In this document: piece after piece, positions 34,516-44,078 of the stretch
Position numbering within the stretch: the first letter of the stretch is position 1
Layout of the letters: each line of letters opens with the position of its first letter
NCBI GenBank assembly: GCA_963747695.1
Contig: CAVVFV010000010.1
Span: 133,618 to 197,617 of the forward strand
Direction of reading: 5' to 3'
Length of the DNA stretch: 64,000 nucleotides
Source: Candidatus Falkowbacteria bacterium
Lineage (GTDB): Bacteria > Patescibacteriota > Patescibacteriia > Patescibacteriales > WJLG01
Made by a program: the position numbers and the translations under genes
Notes under the pieces: model-generated
The model's database searches: none
The model's input: the letters and a program-made list of their open reading frames with translations, nothing else
What the model was told of the DNA's origin: nothing

Positions 34516-35628
34516 CTATGCAGCAGTCTCGCATAGGACCGCAGCACCACCCGACGTCCAATAATTATCAGCAACCCTACTTATAGCCTCTATCATACCG
34601 TCCACCTTACAATTCCAACCATCTATTCCAAAAACAGTTCTATTTGTGCCCTTCTCAACATGGATTCCAACTTTAGCAATTAGCGGTTCTAACTCTGCTA
34701 TCCTAGAAATTTGTTCCGCTGAGGCCCCCTTTTTTGGATAATCAAAAGAAATTCTTAAAACTCCACCTGATTCCAAAACAAATAATGGTTTTGTGCCGAG
34801 CGAATCAAACATTGCCGAAAAAGAACTGCGAATTGCCCCGGTGCCCCAGATTATTTTAGATTTTTGTTTTGCAAAATCATATAATTTTTTAACAGCGACA
34901 ATTTTTTCGCTATCCAAATTTTTTCGCACATCTTCAAAAAAACTTTGTTCATCCCATTTCATCCGAGGGCTCTCCGATGAATTAGCAGAAACATTTTTCT
35001 TTGCCTCGATACCGAATAATTTTGGGATCATTATTTTATATTTTTCGAACTCATAATACTCCATCTGAACAGCGTAAATATCAAATTGGCTATTTCGATT
35101 AACGTAAACGATTAAATCCCTTAATCTATCGTCAATCGAATCCATTAAAATAACAAATTTAATATTGCCGCTTTGAAGATTTCGTTTAACAGCCTCAATC
35201 AATATGCCAAATTGATCATCATCAATTTTAAAAGAAGACACAACCTTTTCCTTAAAACTAACTTTAAATTTTTCACGAATTTTATCACCAATTTTTACTA
35301 TAAATTCATCAAAGTCGCTATGTCGCCACAGCGAAGCCCCATAATCCAATGCTTGGGCAACGACCTTTCTTCTGTCTGGGTTTACCTCCCTCTTAGTTTC
35401 AACGACATAAATATCGCCGTCCTTATCAATAGCCAAAGCATCGATTGGACCCGATTCAGTCGCAAATTCTCTAGCTAGCACTAATAGCTCTTTATCTTCC
35501 TCTATTTCGTAAACGGGAATTGATTCCGGATTTTCATGAATATATTCTTGTAAATACCCTTCCTTCTCGATTTCCATCTTGTTAACCCTCTTTACCTTTT
35601 GACCATCTTCTAAAACCATTAATGGCAT
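34516..35628 (-). CDS. PD-(D/E)XK (NucS/DUF91-like) nuclease-fold protein with an uncharacterised C-terminal domain
   Basis: GPIDALAIDKDGDIYVVETKRE..VAQALDYG pattern. About 35% GC in a sampled 60-nt stretch versus about 52% in ruvB. Confidence 0.55.
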   Translation of the reverse strand: MPLMVLEDGQKVKRVNKMEIEKEGYLQEYIHENPESIPVYEIEEDKELLVLAREFATESGPIDALAIDKDGDIYVVETKREVNPDRRKVVAQALDYGASLWRHSDFDEFIVKIGDKIREKFKVSFKEKVVSSFKIDDDQFGILIEAVKRNLQSGNIKFVILMDSIDDRLRDLIVYVNRNSQFDIYAVQMEYYEFEKYKIMIPKLFGIEAKKNVSANSSESPRMKWDEQSFFEDVRKNLDSEKIVAVKKLYDFAKQKSKIIWGTGAIRSSFSAMFDSLGTKPLFVLESGGVLRISFDYPKKGASAEQISRIAELEPLIAKVGIHVEKGTNRTVFGIDGWNCKVDGMIEAISRVADNYWTSGGAAVLCETAA

Positions 35629-35637
35629 ATTATTAAT

Positions 35638-36672
35638 TTAAAATAGTTTTTTATCTCTTCTCTCTTCTTTTTTATCTTTCTTCAAATGCTCATACGCGTG
35701 CGGCGTCGCGATGCGGCCGCGAGGGGAACGATCTAAAAAGCCGAGGCGGATGAGATAGGGCTCATAGACATCTTCAATCGTTTCCATTTCTTCGCCCGTG
35801 GCGGCGGCGATAGTATTGAGACCAACCGGTCCGCCGGCGAATTTATCAATAATGGTTGTTAATATTTTGCGATCCACCCAATCCAGACCGAGCTCGTCGA
35901 TTTCCAGCATGCCAAAAGCGTCGCGGCAAGTGTTGTCCGATAAGCAGCCATCGCCTTTGACGGCGGAATAATCGCGGACACGTTTTAGTAAGCGATTGGC
36001 AACTCTGGGCGTGCGGCGAGCGCGAGAAGCGATCGCTTTCAAAGCGGCCGGATCAATCTCTACGCCTAAAATCTTGGCCGAGCGTTCGACTATTTTTTCA
36101 ATATCTTTATCTTCGTAAAAATCCAAATGGTGATGATGGCCAAAGCGGTCGCGCAACGGCGCGGAAAGCATGCTGACTTTGGTGGTCGCGCCGATCAAGG
36201 TGAATCTAGGCAGATCAATGCGCACCGTGCGGGCGGCCGGACCTTTACCTAAAATAATATCCAGAGCATAATCTTCCATCGCCGGATACAAAATTTCTTC
36301 CACGGTTTTGTTCAAGCGATGGATTTCGTCGATGAACAGCACATCGCCTTCTTCCAAGTTTGATAGGATCGCCGCCAGGTCGCCGGATTTCTCAATCGCC
36401 GGGCCGGTGGTGACGCGGATGTTGGCACCCATCTCTTTCGCAATCAAATGCGCCAGCGTGGTTTTGCCTAAACCCGGCGCGCCATATAACAAAACATGCT
36501 CGATCGATTCCTTTCTCCCTTTCGCCGCCTGAATGGTAATTTCCAAACTATCCTTAACTTTATTCTGCCCGATATAGTCGGCAAATTTCTGCGGCCGCAA
36601 AGTCAAATCTAAAGAGTTGTCTTCTTTCTCCTCTTTTGGATTAATTATTCTATTAATCGATTCTTCTGGCAT
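35638..36672 (-). CDS. ruvB: Holliday junction branch migration helicase RuvB
   Basis: [27 protein letters not shown] winged helix. Confidence 0.95.
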   Translation of the reverse strand: MPEESINRIINPKEEKEDNSLDLTLRPQKFADYIGQNKVKDSLEITIQAAKGRKESIEHVLLYGAPGLGKTTLAHLIAKEMGANIRVTTGPAIEKSGDLAAILSNLEEGDVLFIDEIHRLNKTVEEILYPAMEDYALDIILGKGPAARTVRIDLPRFTLIGATTKVSMLSAPLRDRFGHHHHLDFYEDKDIEKIVERSAKILGVEIDPAALKAIASRARRTPRVANRLLKRVRDYSAVKGDGCLSDNTCRDAFGMLEIDELGLDWVDRKILTTIIDKFAGGPVGLNTIAAATGEEMETIEDVYEPYLIRLGFLDRSPRGRIATPHAYEHLKKDKKEERRDKKLF

Positions 36673-36680
36673 GTTTCGTT

Positions 36681-36752
36681 AATGTTATATTGTTATATTG
36701 CTATATTGTTGCGCAACGAATTAAATAGTTTAACAATATAGCAATATAACAA
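36681..36752. repeat. ATATTG-octamer palindromic element filling the DUF4186-ruvB spacer
   Basis: AATGTTATATTGTTATATTGCTATATTGTT-GCGCAACGAATTAAATAGTTT-AACAATATAGCAATATAACAAT. Confidence 0.8.
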
Positions 36753-36753
36753 T

Positions 36754-37107
36754 TTAGCAATTTTCCAATATCCAACTCATTATTATATCAATAATATACC
36801 TATTTTCCTCATCGTTCAAGGCTCGGCCTTTTGGTATCTGGTGCCATTTTTCCAAACAGCCGCGGCAGCAGGTGGCCGTCGCATGTTGTCCGACGAAGAC
36901 CGGATGGCCGTGGAACGGAGTCTGCTTTCCGTCGTTTTTCGGTTCCGCTGGCACCAATCGTTCTTTAATAAATTCTTCCGCGTGCATTTTTATTTCTTCA
37001 ATCCCTTTCTTGTTGATATATTCCAAATTTTTCAGCTTCAACTTAAAACTTGAGCGAAACTTCGACTTGGCCAATCTGATTTTCAATTCTTCCCAACTTT
37101 TAAACAT
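36754..37107 (-). CDS. DUF4186-family protein
   Basis: HPVFVGQHATATCCRGCLEKWH motif, recalled from the family. Confidence 0.65.
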   Translation of the reverse strand: MFKSWEELKIRLAKSKFRSSFKLKLKNLEYINKKGIEEIKMHAEEFIKERLVPAEPKNDGKQTPFHGHPVFVGQHATATCCRGCLEKWHQIPKGRALNDEENRYIIDIIMSWILENC

Positions 37108-37117
37108 AGCCTAGCTT

Positions 37118-37759
37118 TCAAATAATTTTCGGCAGCCAATCCTTTCTAACGCCCTCAATCACCTTGAGATCGAATAAATCATTAATCAATGACATTTTTC
37201 TTTTATCCTGCTCGAGCTCGGCGACATTTTTAAAAATATTTTTTGTTAATTTACTCAGAATTTTTTCTTCATAAAACATCGTTTTATAATATTCGGGACG
37301 TAAATCTTGATGCTCATAAAGCTTTTGCATCGCCGCAAGATGTTTTTCAATCAATTCCTTATCCTCGCTATTCGGATTGCCCATCGCGCCGATCAGCGGC
37401 AGATATTTACCTATCTCTATTTCCGCCGCGTTCCGAATATCGCCGATAACCTTGATGGCGGTATTTAACGCCAACCATTTTTCTTCCAGTTCGTTTAATT
37501 CTCCTAAAAATAATGGTTTCACCTCCCGATAATAAGCCTTGTCCGAAATAAGATGGGCGATCCAGCCCTTACGGAAATCATCACCACCGATAAAATTTTT
37601 ATCAATCAGATCTTTACCATGCGTCAGCGAACGGTCGATCTTGGTAAAATACCGGCTGTCCGGGTAAACGGCGCCGGTTAGATATTTGCCCAAATCTCTG
37701 ACTTGCAAATCGTCCTTTATTTCCAAAGCAAATTTAATGTGGCTGGCTTGCAGTGGCAT
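37118..37759 (-). CDS. Hypothetical protein (213 aa)
   Basis: Clean ORF; only vague resemblance to His-rich metal hydrolases. Not assigned. Confidence 0.5.
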   Translation of the reverse strand: MPLQASHIKFALEIKDDLQVRDLGKYLTGAVYPDSRYFTKIDRSLTHGKDLIDKNFIGGDDFRKGWIAHLISDKAYYREVKPLFLGELNELEEKWLALNTAIKVIGDIRNAAEIEIGKYLPLIGAMGNPNSEDKELIEKHLAAMQKLYEHQDLRPEYYKTMFYEEKILSKLTKNIFKNVAELEQDKRKMSLINDLFDLKVIEGVRKDWLPKII

Positions 37760-37767
37760 AGTTATGA

Positions 37768-40700
37768 TTATAATTTCCTAAATTCGCAAATGCCGTTGTA
37801 GTCGCAGAATTTGCATTGCTGGCCGGGGGTCGCCGGAAATTCTCCCTTGCGGATCGCGCGGATAGTTTCAGAAATCTTTTCATCAAGCTTGGCGAAATCT
37901 TTTTCCTTGCCTAAAAATTCTATCTCGCTATTATCATTCAAATAGCGATAACAAAGCGCGCCGACTTCCTGACGGAATAATTCTTTCACGGCTTGCTGGT
38001 AAATCAATAATTGCGCTTTTTCATTGAATTCCAATTTCTCTTTGGGCTTGCCGGTTTTGTAATCAACAATCTTCAGCCTGCCATCGGGCATTTCGTCGAT
38101 GCGGTCTATTTTTCCGGCGATGGTGATCCCCTCGCCATCGATCTTCATTCGCAGGGCGAAAGCTTTTTCCAGAAACAGGACTTTCGGCCAATTATTTTTA
38201 TATTCTTCATAAAAAGCCTTGGTCATCTCTCTGCCTTTCTCGTGATATTTTTTCTTGTTGGCTTCGGTTTCATACCATTCGTCGATCCACGATTCTTCAT
38301 AAATTTTCAGGCAATCTTCCAGAGAAAGTAACACACCCCGGCCTTCGGCCACCACTCTTGATAGAGGGGAATTTTCTTTTTTATCAGCCGGAGAGACAAA
38401 TAAACTATCCTGCTTTTTTTCGCCGGCTTCTTTTACGGTTTGAAGGATTTTCTGCAAAGTTGAATGCATGGTCTTGCCGAAGGACATCTGGAAATTGCCG
38501 CGTTTGGGAACTCTTAAGATATTATCAAACCGATATTGATACGGGCAGCGTTCGTAAGCTTCAAATTGGGAATAGGAAAATCTTTCCGGCGCTTGAGGTA
38601 CCCAACTCCGCTCCGTGGCGGAGCTTCGCTGGGCAAGTCCGGCAATTTTTAATTTCTTTCCGCGCAACATTGAATTCTTATCTTCCAGCGGTTCGACCGC
38701 TTTTTCATCGGCATTGCTGATATCCAAATCTTCGGCTAATTTAGTTTCGACTAAAAATCTTGAAGCGCGTCGTTCGCGTTTCCCGCCGGCATCCGACGAC
38801 CAGGAAAAATAAATCCCTTTTTTGGCACGAGTAATCGCCACGTAAAACAACCGCCGTTCTTCTTCCAAGTGATGGTCGCCAGCGGGGATTATCTCGTCGA
38901 GCAAAGCATCAGGAATCTTGATTGACTCAGAACGCTCAATCGATGGAAATCGCTTATCGATTAAATTTATGACAAAAACGTATTTGAATTCCAAACCTTT
39001 GGCGGCGTGCACGGTCATGATTTTGATCATCGCCGGGTCTTCTTCGTCGCTCAAAGGCAATGTCCCCTGCTCGCCGGCTTCCATCTCGACCGCTAGTCCG
39101 GCCAAAAATTCCCGCACTGATTTATCGGTCGAGCTGGTCTCAAATTCCTTGATCCGCTTCATGAATTGATTAAGCTGGTTAGTCGCCAAAATCTGCTGCC
39201 GCTCCGGCTGGGCATATAGATATTTCAAATACCCGGTGTCTTCGAGAAAATCCGAAAATATTTCCGAGGCCGGTTTATAGCGCGCATCCGCGGCGTGCTT
39301 GCGGAAAATTGCCAAAAATTTGTTGATCTTTTCCAAGGTTGCGCTGCCCAAACCCAGCGCTGAAGCTTCATTCAAGACTTTATAGAGCGACATGGCTTTG
39401 CGCGAAACGATATAATTCATCGCCGCCAATTCTTCGGCGGTAAAATTGAAAACCGGCAAAGTCAAAACTTTATACAAAGCCACGCCGTCATATTGGTCGG
39501 CCACGGCAGTCAGATAACTGATTGAATTGATAATCGGTATTGCCGCGTAAAGTCCGCGAGAAGAAAATAATTTATAAGGAAACTGCGCCTCGTCCAGATA
39601 GACGCAAATTTCCTTGCCCGCGTCATTAGATCTAGCCATAATCGCAAAGTCTCCCCAATTCGCCTCTTTGTCCTCAGTTTTTAGTTCGGCAATTTTCTTG
39701 ACCACCCGAACCATCTCATCGGCGGTATCGGCGCCGCGAATCACTTCAATCGAACCAGCATCTTTAAAATTCGCTTTTAATTTCTTAGATAATTTATCAC
39801 CGTCGTTCTTCAATTGCTCCTCTAGGCGGTTGGGATTATTCAATTTGATAAAATCATAGGCCAGATCCAAAATATTCTGCCGGTTGCGGTAATTCTCAAT
39901 CAAAAAAACCTGTTTGGCGTCAGGGTAATCTTTTTTGAATTCCAAAATATTGGCCATGGCCGCGCCGCGGAAGCGGTAGATCGCCTGGTCATCGTCGCCG
40001 ACGACCGTAATATTATTTTGCGGGGCAGCCAATAATTTCACCAGTTCATATTGCGCCCAATTCGTATCCTGGAATTCATCGACTAGAATATATTTGAACC
40101 TGGTTTGATAGCGCGCCAACACATTCGGCCGCTCGCGGAAAAGCTTAAGGCAATAATTGATCAGATCGCCAAAGTCCAGCGCATTATTTTCCAACAATAA
40201 ATTTTGGTAGATATGAAAAGCATTGGCCACTTCCTCAATCTTTTTAACTTCGAATTCCGCCACTTCCTGATCGAATTCACCTTTGGCATTAAGAAAATCT
40301 GCCGTAGGCGCGCAATGCTTCGTGGGTCCGCAATGCTTTGCGTACCGGTCTTCTTCACTGCTTTTCGGAACGCAAGGTATTGCGTTTCTACGTCCGCTTA
40401 GCATCCCGTCCAGATTCTGCCGCAGCTCTTCGGCATATTCCAAATATTTCAACGGCGTGATGTCTTCGTCTTTGCAACGGGAAAAATGCTTGAGCAAGTC
40501 GCGGATGAATTTGGTCGGGTTGCCCATCGGCCGATAATAATCCAGGCCGAACCGGTCCAGATGTTTCTTGAACAAAGCATACTGCTGATATTCGTCGAGC
40601 AATTTATAATCGGTCGGCAAACCGATATCTAAACCGGCTTCAGTCAAAACATCCTGGCAGAAAGAATGGAAAGTGGAAATCGACAAATCAAAAAAAGCGC

Positions 40701-40935
40701 CATAAGGCAACAGCCGATCAACGCGTTCCTCCATTTCGCCGGCCGCTTTTTCGGTAAACGTCAACGCTAAAATCTCTTCGGACTTGGCTTTGCCCGAGTC
40801 GATCAAACCGACGATCCTCTCTGAGATTACGCTGGTCTTGCCTGTGCCAGCGCCGGCCACGATCAATAATGGCCCTTCACCAAACTGAACCGCTTCGGCT
40901 TGCTCTTTATTTAATTGGTTTTTCTTCATTTCCAT
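37768..40935 (-). CDS. UvrD/PcrA-type superfamily-1 helicase fused to a C-terminal PD-(D/E)XK (Cas4/AddB-like, 4-Cys) nuclease domain
   Basis: GAGTGKT, LVDEFQDTN, VGDDDQAIYRFRGA, TVHAAKGLEF, YVAITRAK. C-terminus: CPYQYRF..DRID..VDYKTGK..CKFCDYNGIC. Confidence 0.85.
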   Translation of the reverse strand: MEMKKNQLNKEQAEAVQFGEGPLLIVAGAGTGKTSVISERIVGLIDSGKAKSEEILALTFTEKAAGEMEERVDRLLPYGAFFDLSISTFHSFCQDVLTEAGLDIGLPTDYKLLDEYQQYALFKKHLDRFGLDYYRPMGNPTKFIRDLLKHFSRCKDEDITPLKYLEYAEELRQNLDGMLSGRRNAIPCVPKSSEEDRYAKHCGPTKHCAPTADFLNAKGEFDQEVAEFEVKKIEEVANAFHIYQNLLLENNALDFGDLINYCLKLFRERPNVLARYQTRFKYILVDEFQDTNWAQYELVKLLAAPQNNITVVGDDDQAIYRFRGAAMANILEFKKDYPDAKQVFLIENYRNRQNILDLAYDFIKLNNPNRLEEQLKNDGDKLSKKLKANFKDAGSIEVIRGADTADEMVRVVKKIAELKTEDKEANWGDFAIMARSNDAGKEICVYLDEAQFPYKLFSSRGLYAAIPIINSISYLTAVADQYDGVALYKVLTLPVFNFTAEELAAMNYIVSRKAMSLYKVLNEASALGLGSATLEKINKFLAIFRKHAADARYKPASEIFSDFLEDTGYLKYLYAQPERQQILATNQLNQFMKRIKEFETSSTDKSVREFLAGLAVEMEAGEQGTLPLSDEEDPAMIKIMTVHAAKGLEFKYVFVINLIDKRFPSIERSESIKIPDALLDEIIPAGDHHLEEERRLFYVAITRAKKGIYFSWSSDAGGKRERRASRFLVETKLAEDLDISNADEKAVEPLEDKNSMLRGKKLKIAGLAQRSSATERSWVPQAPERFSYSQFEAYERCPYQYRFDNILRVPKRGNFQMSFGKTMHSTLQKILQTVKEAGEKKQDSLFVSPADKKENSPLSRVVAEGRGVLLSLEDCLKIYEESWIDEWYETEANKKKYHEKGREMTKAFYEEYKNNWPKVLFLEKAFALRMKIDGEGITIAGKIDRIDEMPDGRLKIVDYKTGKPKEKLEFNEKAQLLIYQQAVKELFRQEVGALCYRYLNDNSEIEFLGKEKDFAKLDEKISETIRAIRKGEFPATPGQQCKFCDYNGICEFRKL

Positions 40936-41059
40936 ATCTTCATATTATATTACAATTTTCTTTTTAACACTATTGACAAACGCTGTAAAATATGATAAAA
41001 TTTCAATATTCGTTCTGTAAAATAAAATATCAATAAACCTCATCAATCCGGGAGGATTC

Positions 41060-41557
41060 ATGAAAAAGTTCGAAGTATTAGGAATCGTTTCTCTGGTCGT
41101 CTTCTTTGCCATGCAGGCCGTCCCGCACAACGCCGCGAAAATCGCTTCCTGCCTCATCCCTAGCATTGTCTTCCTTTCACTCGCCTTCCTGTCGGCTGGC
41201 ATTGCCTGGAGTTCCAAAAGCTCCGGGTGGACAGCGATGACAGCAGGAATGGTGCTGATGGCGGCTAGCACGCTGATTTTTTCCGCCATCGATGCTAATA
41301 TCTGCCTGACCAAACTGGTTTTTGCCGCTATCTGTCTGGCGTTCATGGTTATGGTGATAATGATCGTCGCTCTGATGGGGGCCGGTTCTGATAATAACGG
41401 AACTTTGATCTTATCGATAATTGCCGGCACGATTATCATTATCTCACTCGGCCTGATATCAGGCTTGGCGCCGGCGCTCTGCCTGGCAGCAGCCAATGCG
41501 TGCTTTTTTTCCGCCCCTCCGATCTTTAGGCAGAAAAAAATTATTATTGTCAATTAA
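41060..41557 (+). CDS. Hypothetical polytopic membrane protein (165 aa)
   Basis: GGGAGGA SD lies 4 nt upstream. Four to five hydrophobic helices. Preferred over the antisense 202-aa ORF. Confidence 0.6.
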   Translation: MKKFEVLGIVSLVVFFAMQAVPHNAAKIASCLIPSIVFLSLAFLSAGIAWSSKSSGWTAMTAGMVLMAASTLIFSAIDANICLTKLVFAAICLAFMVMVIMIVALMGAGSDNNGTLILSIIAGTIIIISLGLISGLAPALCLAAANACFFSAPPIFRQKKIIIVN

Positions 41558-41624
41558 AAAGATCTGCTGCGGCTTTCGGAATAATCTTCTGCAGGCCGCT
41601 TTTTTATTGTTTTATTATTGTAAG

Positions 41625-41653
41625 TTGATTTTTCAAGAGCTAAAGACTAATAT
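41625..41653 (+). promoter_or_regulatory. Promoter (TTGATT-17-TAATAT) ending 6 nt before the uvrC ATG, implying a leaderless mRNA
   Basis: Hexamers read directly. No SD lies between the -10 and the ATG. Confidence 0.45.
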
Positions 41654-41659
41654 TGAAAT

Positions 41660-42994
41660 ATGAATCTAAAAAAAGTCAAAGAATTGAATATCCCGACCAG
41701 ACCAGGCTCTTATCAATATTATGATAAGTCTGGAAAAATAATCTATGTCGGGAAAGCCGCGAATTTAAGGTCGCGGGTGCTTTCGTATTGGCGGGAAAGT
41801 TCCGTGCTGGCACCCGATAAACAGCTGATGCTCAGTGAAATCAAAGAGATCAAATGGATTGAAACCGACACCGAAATCGAAGCTTTGTTATTGGAAGCTA
41901 ATTTGGTTAAGCGTTATCAGCCGGAATATAATATTATGCTCCGCGATGATAAACGCTATGCTTATATAAAAATCTCTATTGAGGATCAATGGCCAAGAGT
42001 TTTCTTAACGCGGGAAATCGCTAAGCAGGGAAAGTATTTCGGTCCGTTCTTAAGTGCCGAATCAGTCAAGGAAGTTTTAAAGATCATCCGCTACATCTGG
42101 CCGTTCCGCTCTTGCGCGACTATGCCGAAGCGCGCCTGCTTATATTATCGGATCGGCAAATGCCCGGGCATGTGCGAATTTCCAGTATCACGCGAAGAAT
42201 ATTTAAAAACGATTAACGAGATCGATAAATTTCTACAAGGAAAAAGAAAAGAAGTCGAAAAAAATCTTCAATCTTCGATTATCAATCTTCAATCGCAAAT
42301 TAATAAACTATCAGGAGGTGAAACAAGACAAAAACTCGAGGAAAGGTTGCAAGCGTATCAATACCGTTTATTTAACTTAGAAAAAGTTCTGGCAAATTCC
42401 CGGATTTTGACCGTTGGCGAAAAATACGCCGCCGATGTGATTGAATTGGCCAAGACTTTGAATCTCCCAAAAATCCCTGCCCGCATCGAAGGTTATGATA
42501 TTTCCAATATTTTCGGCAAAGAAGCGGTCGGCTCAATGGTGGTTTTCGCCGAAGGCGAGCCGGATAAGAATGAATACCGCAAATTTACCATCCGCGGCGT
42601 GGCCGGCGCACAGAGCAAGGGCGACGATACCGGGATGCTCAAAGAAGTTTTGGAACGGAGATTTCATAATCGACCCACGCCGGAAAACGGCGGGGCAGGT
42701 TGGCCGATGCCGGATTTGATTATTATTGACGGCGGAAAAGGCCAGCTTAACGCCGGTTTAGTAATTTTGAAAAAATTTAAATTTAATATTCCGATCATCG
42801 CCATTTCCAAAGGCGAAGGTCTGCGCTCGGCGCATGCGCCGGACAAGATATTTTTTCCGGGTATGAAAACTCCGTTGCTTTTGCCGCTCGCTTCGCCTTC
42901 TCTTCACGTCATCAAGCGCGTTCGGGATGAGGCGCATCGTTTTGCGATCAGCTTCCACCGGCAGCGGCGCTCAAAAAATTGGTTAAGCCATTAA
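41660..42994 (+). CDS. uvrC: Excinuclease ABC subunit C, short form lacking the C-terminal (HhH)2 domain
   Basis: GIY-YIG motif (GSYQYYD..IIYVGKAANLRSRV), central UvrC domain, IEGYDISN endonuclease V-like domain. Only 444 aa. Confidence 0.8.
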   Translation: MNLKKVKELNIPTRPGSYQYYDKSGKIIYVGKAANLRSRVLSYWRESSVLAPDKQLMLSEIKEIKWIETDTEIEALLLEANLVKRYQPEYNIMLRDDKRYAYIKISIEDQWPRVFLTREIAKQGKYFGPFLSAESVKEVLKIIRYIWPFRSCATMPKRACLYYRIGKCPGMCEFPVSREEYLKTINEIDKFLQGKRKEVEKNLQSSIINLQSQINKLSGGETRQKLEERLQAYQYRLFNLEKVLANSRILTVGEKYAADVIELAKTLNLPKIPARIEGYDISNIFGKEAVGSMVVFAEGEPDKNEYRKFTIRGVAGAQSKGDDTGMLKEVLERRFHNRPTPENGGAGWPMPDLIIIDGGKGQLNAGLVILKKFKFNIPIIAISKGEGLRSAHAPDKIFFPGMKTPLLLPLASPSLHVIKRVRDEAHRFAISFHRQRRSKNWLSH

Positions 42995-42998
42995 AAAA

Positions 42999-43024
42999 CC
43001 TGACAAAATGTCAGGCTTTTTTTA
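42999..43024 (+). terminator. Intrinsic terminator after uvrC
   Basis: CCTGACA-AAA-TGTCAGG followed by a T-run. Confidence 0.7.
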
Positions 43025-43057
43025 TATCAAGCTAAAAAAATAGCTACTAAGAGAATA

Positions 43058-43130
43058 TCTTCTTACTTCTTACTTCTTACTTCTTACTTCTTACTTCTTA
43101 CTTCTTACTTCTTACTTCTTACTTCTTACT
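43058..43130. repeat. Heptanucleotide microsatellite, (TCTTACT) x10.4, equal to (GAAGTAA)n on the minus strand
   Basis: Counted 10 exact units across 43061-43130. The last unit contains the final Lys codon and the TAA stop of the DUF4340 gene. Confidence 0.95.
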
Positions 43131-44034
43131 TCAAATCCGTCATCTTCTTATCCAGCGCGTCGCGATCGGTTTTGGAAATCAAGTAAATGTCGTCGTTAGC
43201 CGCTGACTTGGCGTAGCAGAGATTGTCTTTGGTACAGTCGCCGATCATGATCGTATCGTCAAAATCTCCGCCTGTAACCTGGACGATGATGCTATGCTTT
43301 TCCAAACCGGTGTTGGTAAAAGTCTGGGCGGGAATCTTCACCGCCGTCAAATTTTGCAATACGCTTAACACCGCGTCAATCTTGGTCGCATCGACGTCGA
43401 ATTTCTTCGGCTGGGTGCCAGTCCACTGGTTGGCGATCTGTTCGACGGTAAATTGCCGGTCAGGATATTGGAAGCGGATCTTCTCGCTGCGTTCCTTCAT
43501 AAAAGAAAAGATGGTCAGGCTGCGCCAATCGCTGCGGCCGAAAATGCTGTTCAAATCCAAAGCGATCGAAAAAGTCTTGCTGGAATCCGGCTCGGCGATG
43601 TAGGTGCCGGAGTAATCGGGCGTCGTGGTGCCGACCACAAAATCAAAAGTCTGCCGGCCTTGTTCGATCTCGACCTTAATTCCCTGACCATCGGTACCGA
43701 AAGAACTTTTTTTATCAGCGTTGGTGCTGACCGTTTCGATCGGCAAAACGCCGATTTCATTCAGCGCCGAGTCCAAGGCGCCGGCGGCGGTATTGTCCAC
43801 GCTGAAATTTTTCACGCCGGCGATCGCCCAACCATCGGCGGTTTTGTCCAATTCGGTTTTCTGCCCGTTATTATCGATCGAGATCTTTTTAATTTGCGCC
43901 AAAGAGACGGCGGCCAGAAAATTCTTTTCCTGCCCTTTGGTTTTTTTCCAGTCAGCCAGCGGTCCGCTCCAGATCCAAGCAAAAGCGACCAGTAATATCA
44001 AAATTCCTCCCAGGATTAAATTCTTTTTAGACAT
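43126..44034 (-). CDS. DUF4340-like protein (N-terminal TM), a usual partner of GldG-type ABC accessory proteins
   Basis: N-terminal anchor LILGGILILLVAF. Operon position downstream of the GldG-like gene. Confidence 0.65.
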   Translation of the reverse strand: MSKKNLILGGILILLVAFAWIWSGPLADWKKTKGQEKNFLAAVSLAQIKKISIDNNGQKTELDKTADGWAIAGVKNFSVDNTAAGALDSALNEIGVLPIETVSTNADKKSSFGTDGQGIKVEIEQGRQTFDFVVGTTTPDYSGTYIAEPDSSKTFSIALDLNSIFGRSDWRSLTIFSFMKERSEKIRFQYPDRQFTVEQIANQWTGTQPKKFDVDATKIDAVLSVLQNLTAVKIPAQTFTNTGLEKHSIIVQVTGGDFDDTIMIGDCTKDNLCYAKSAANDDIYLISKTDRDALDKKMTDLK

Positions 44035-44078
44035 ATATTTCGCATAACTCGTAACGCGTAACGCGCAACGATTTTATT

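Noticed and set aside
40945-41553. 202-aa minus-strand ORF
   Set aside because: It is antisense to the 165-aa plus-strand membrane-protein ORF, which has a strong GGGAGGA SD and a coherent TM pattern. The minus ORF begins in AT-rich promoter-like sequence.
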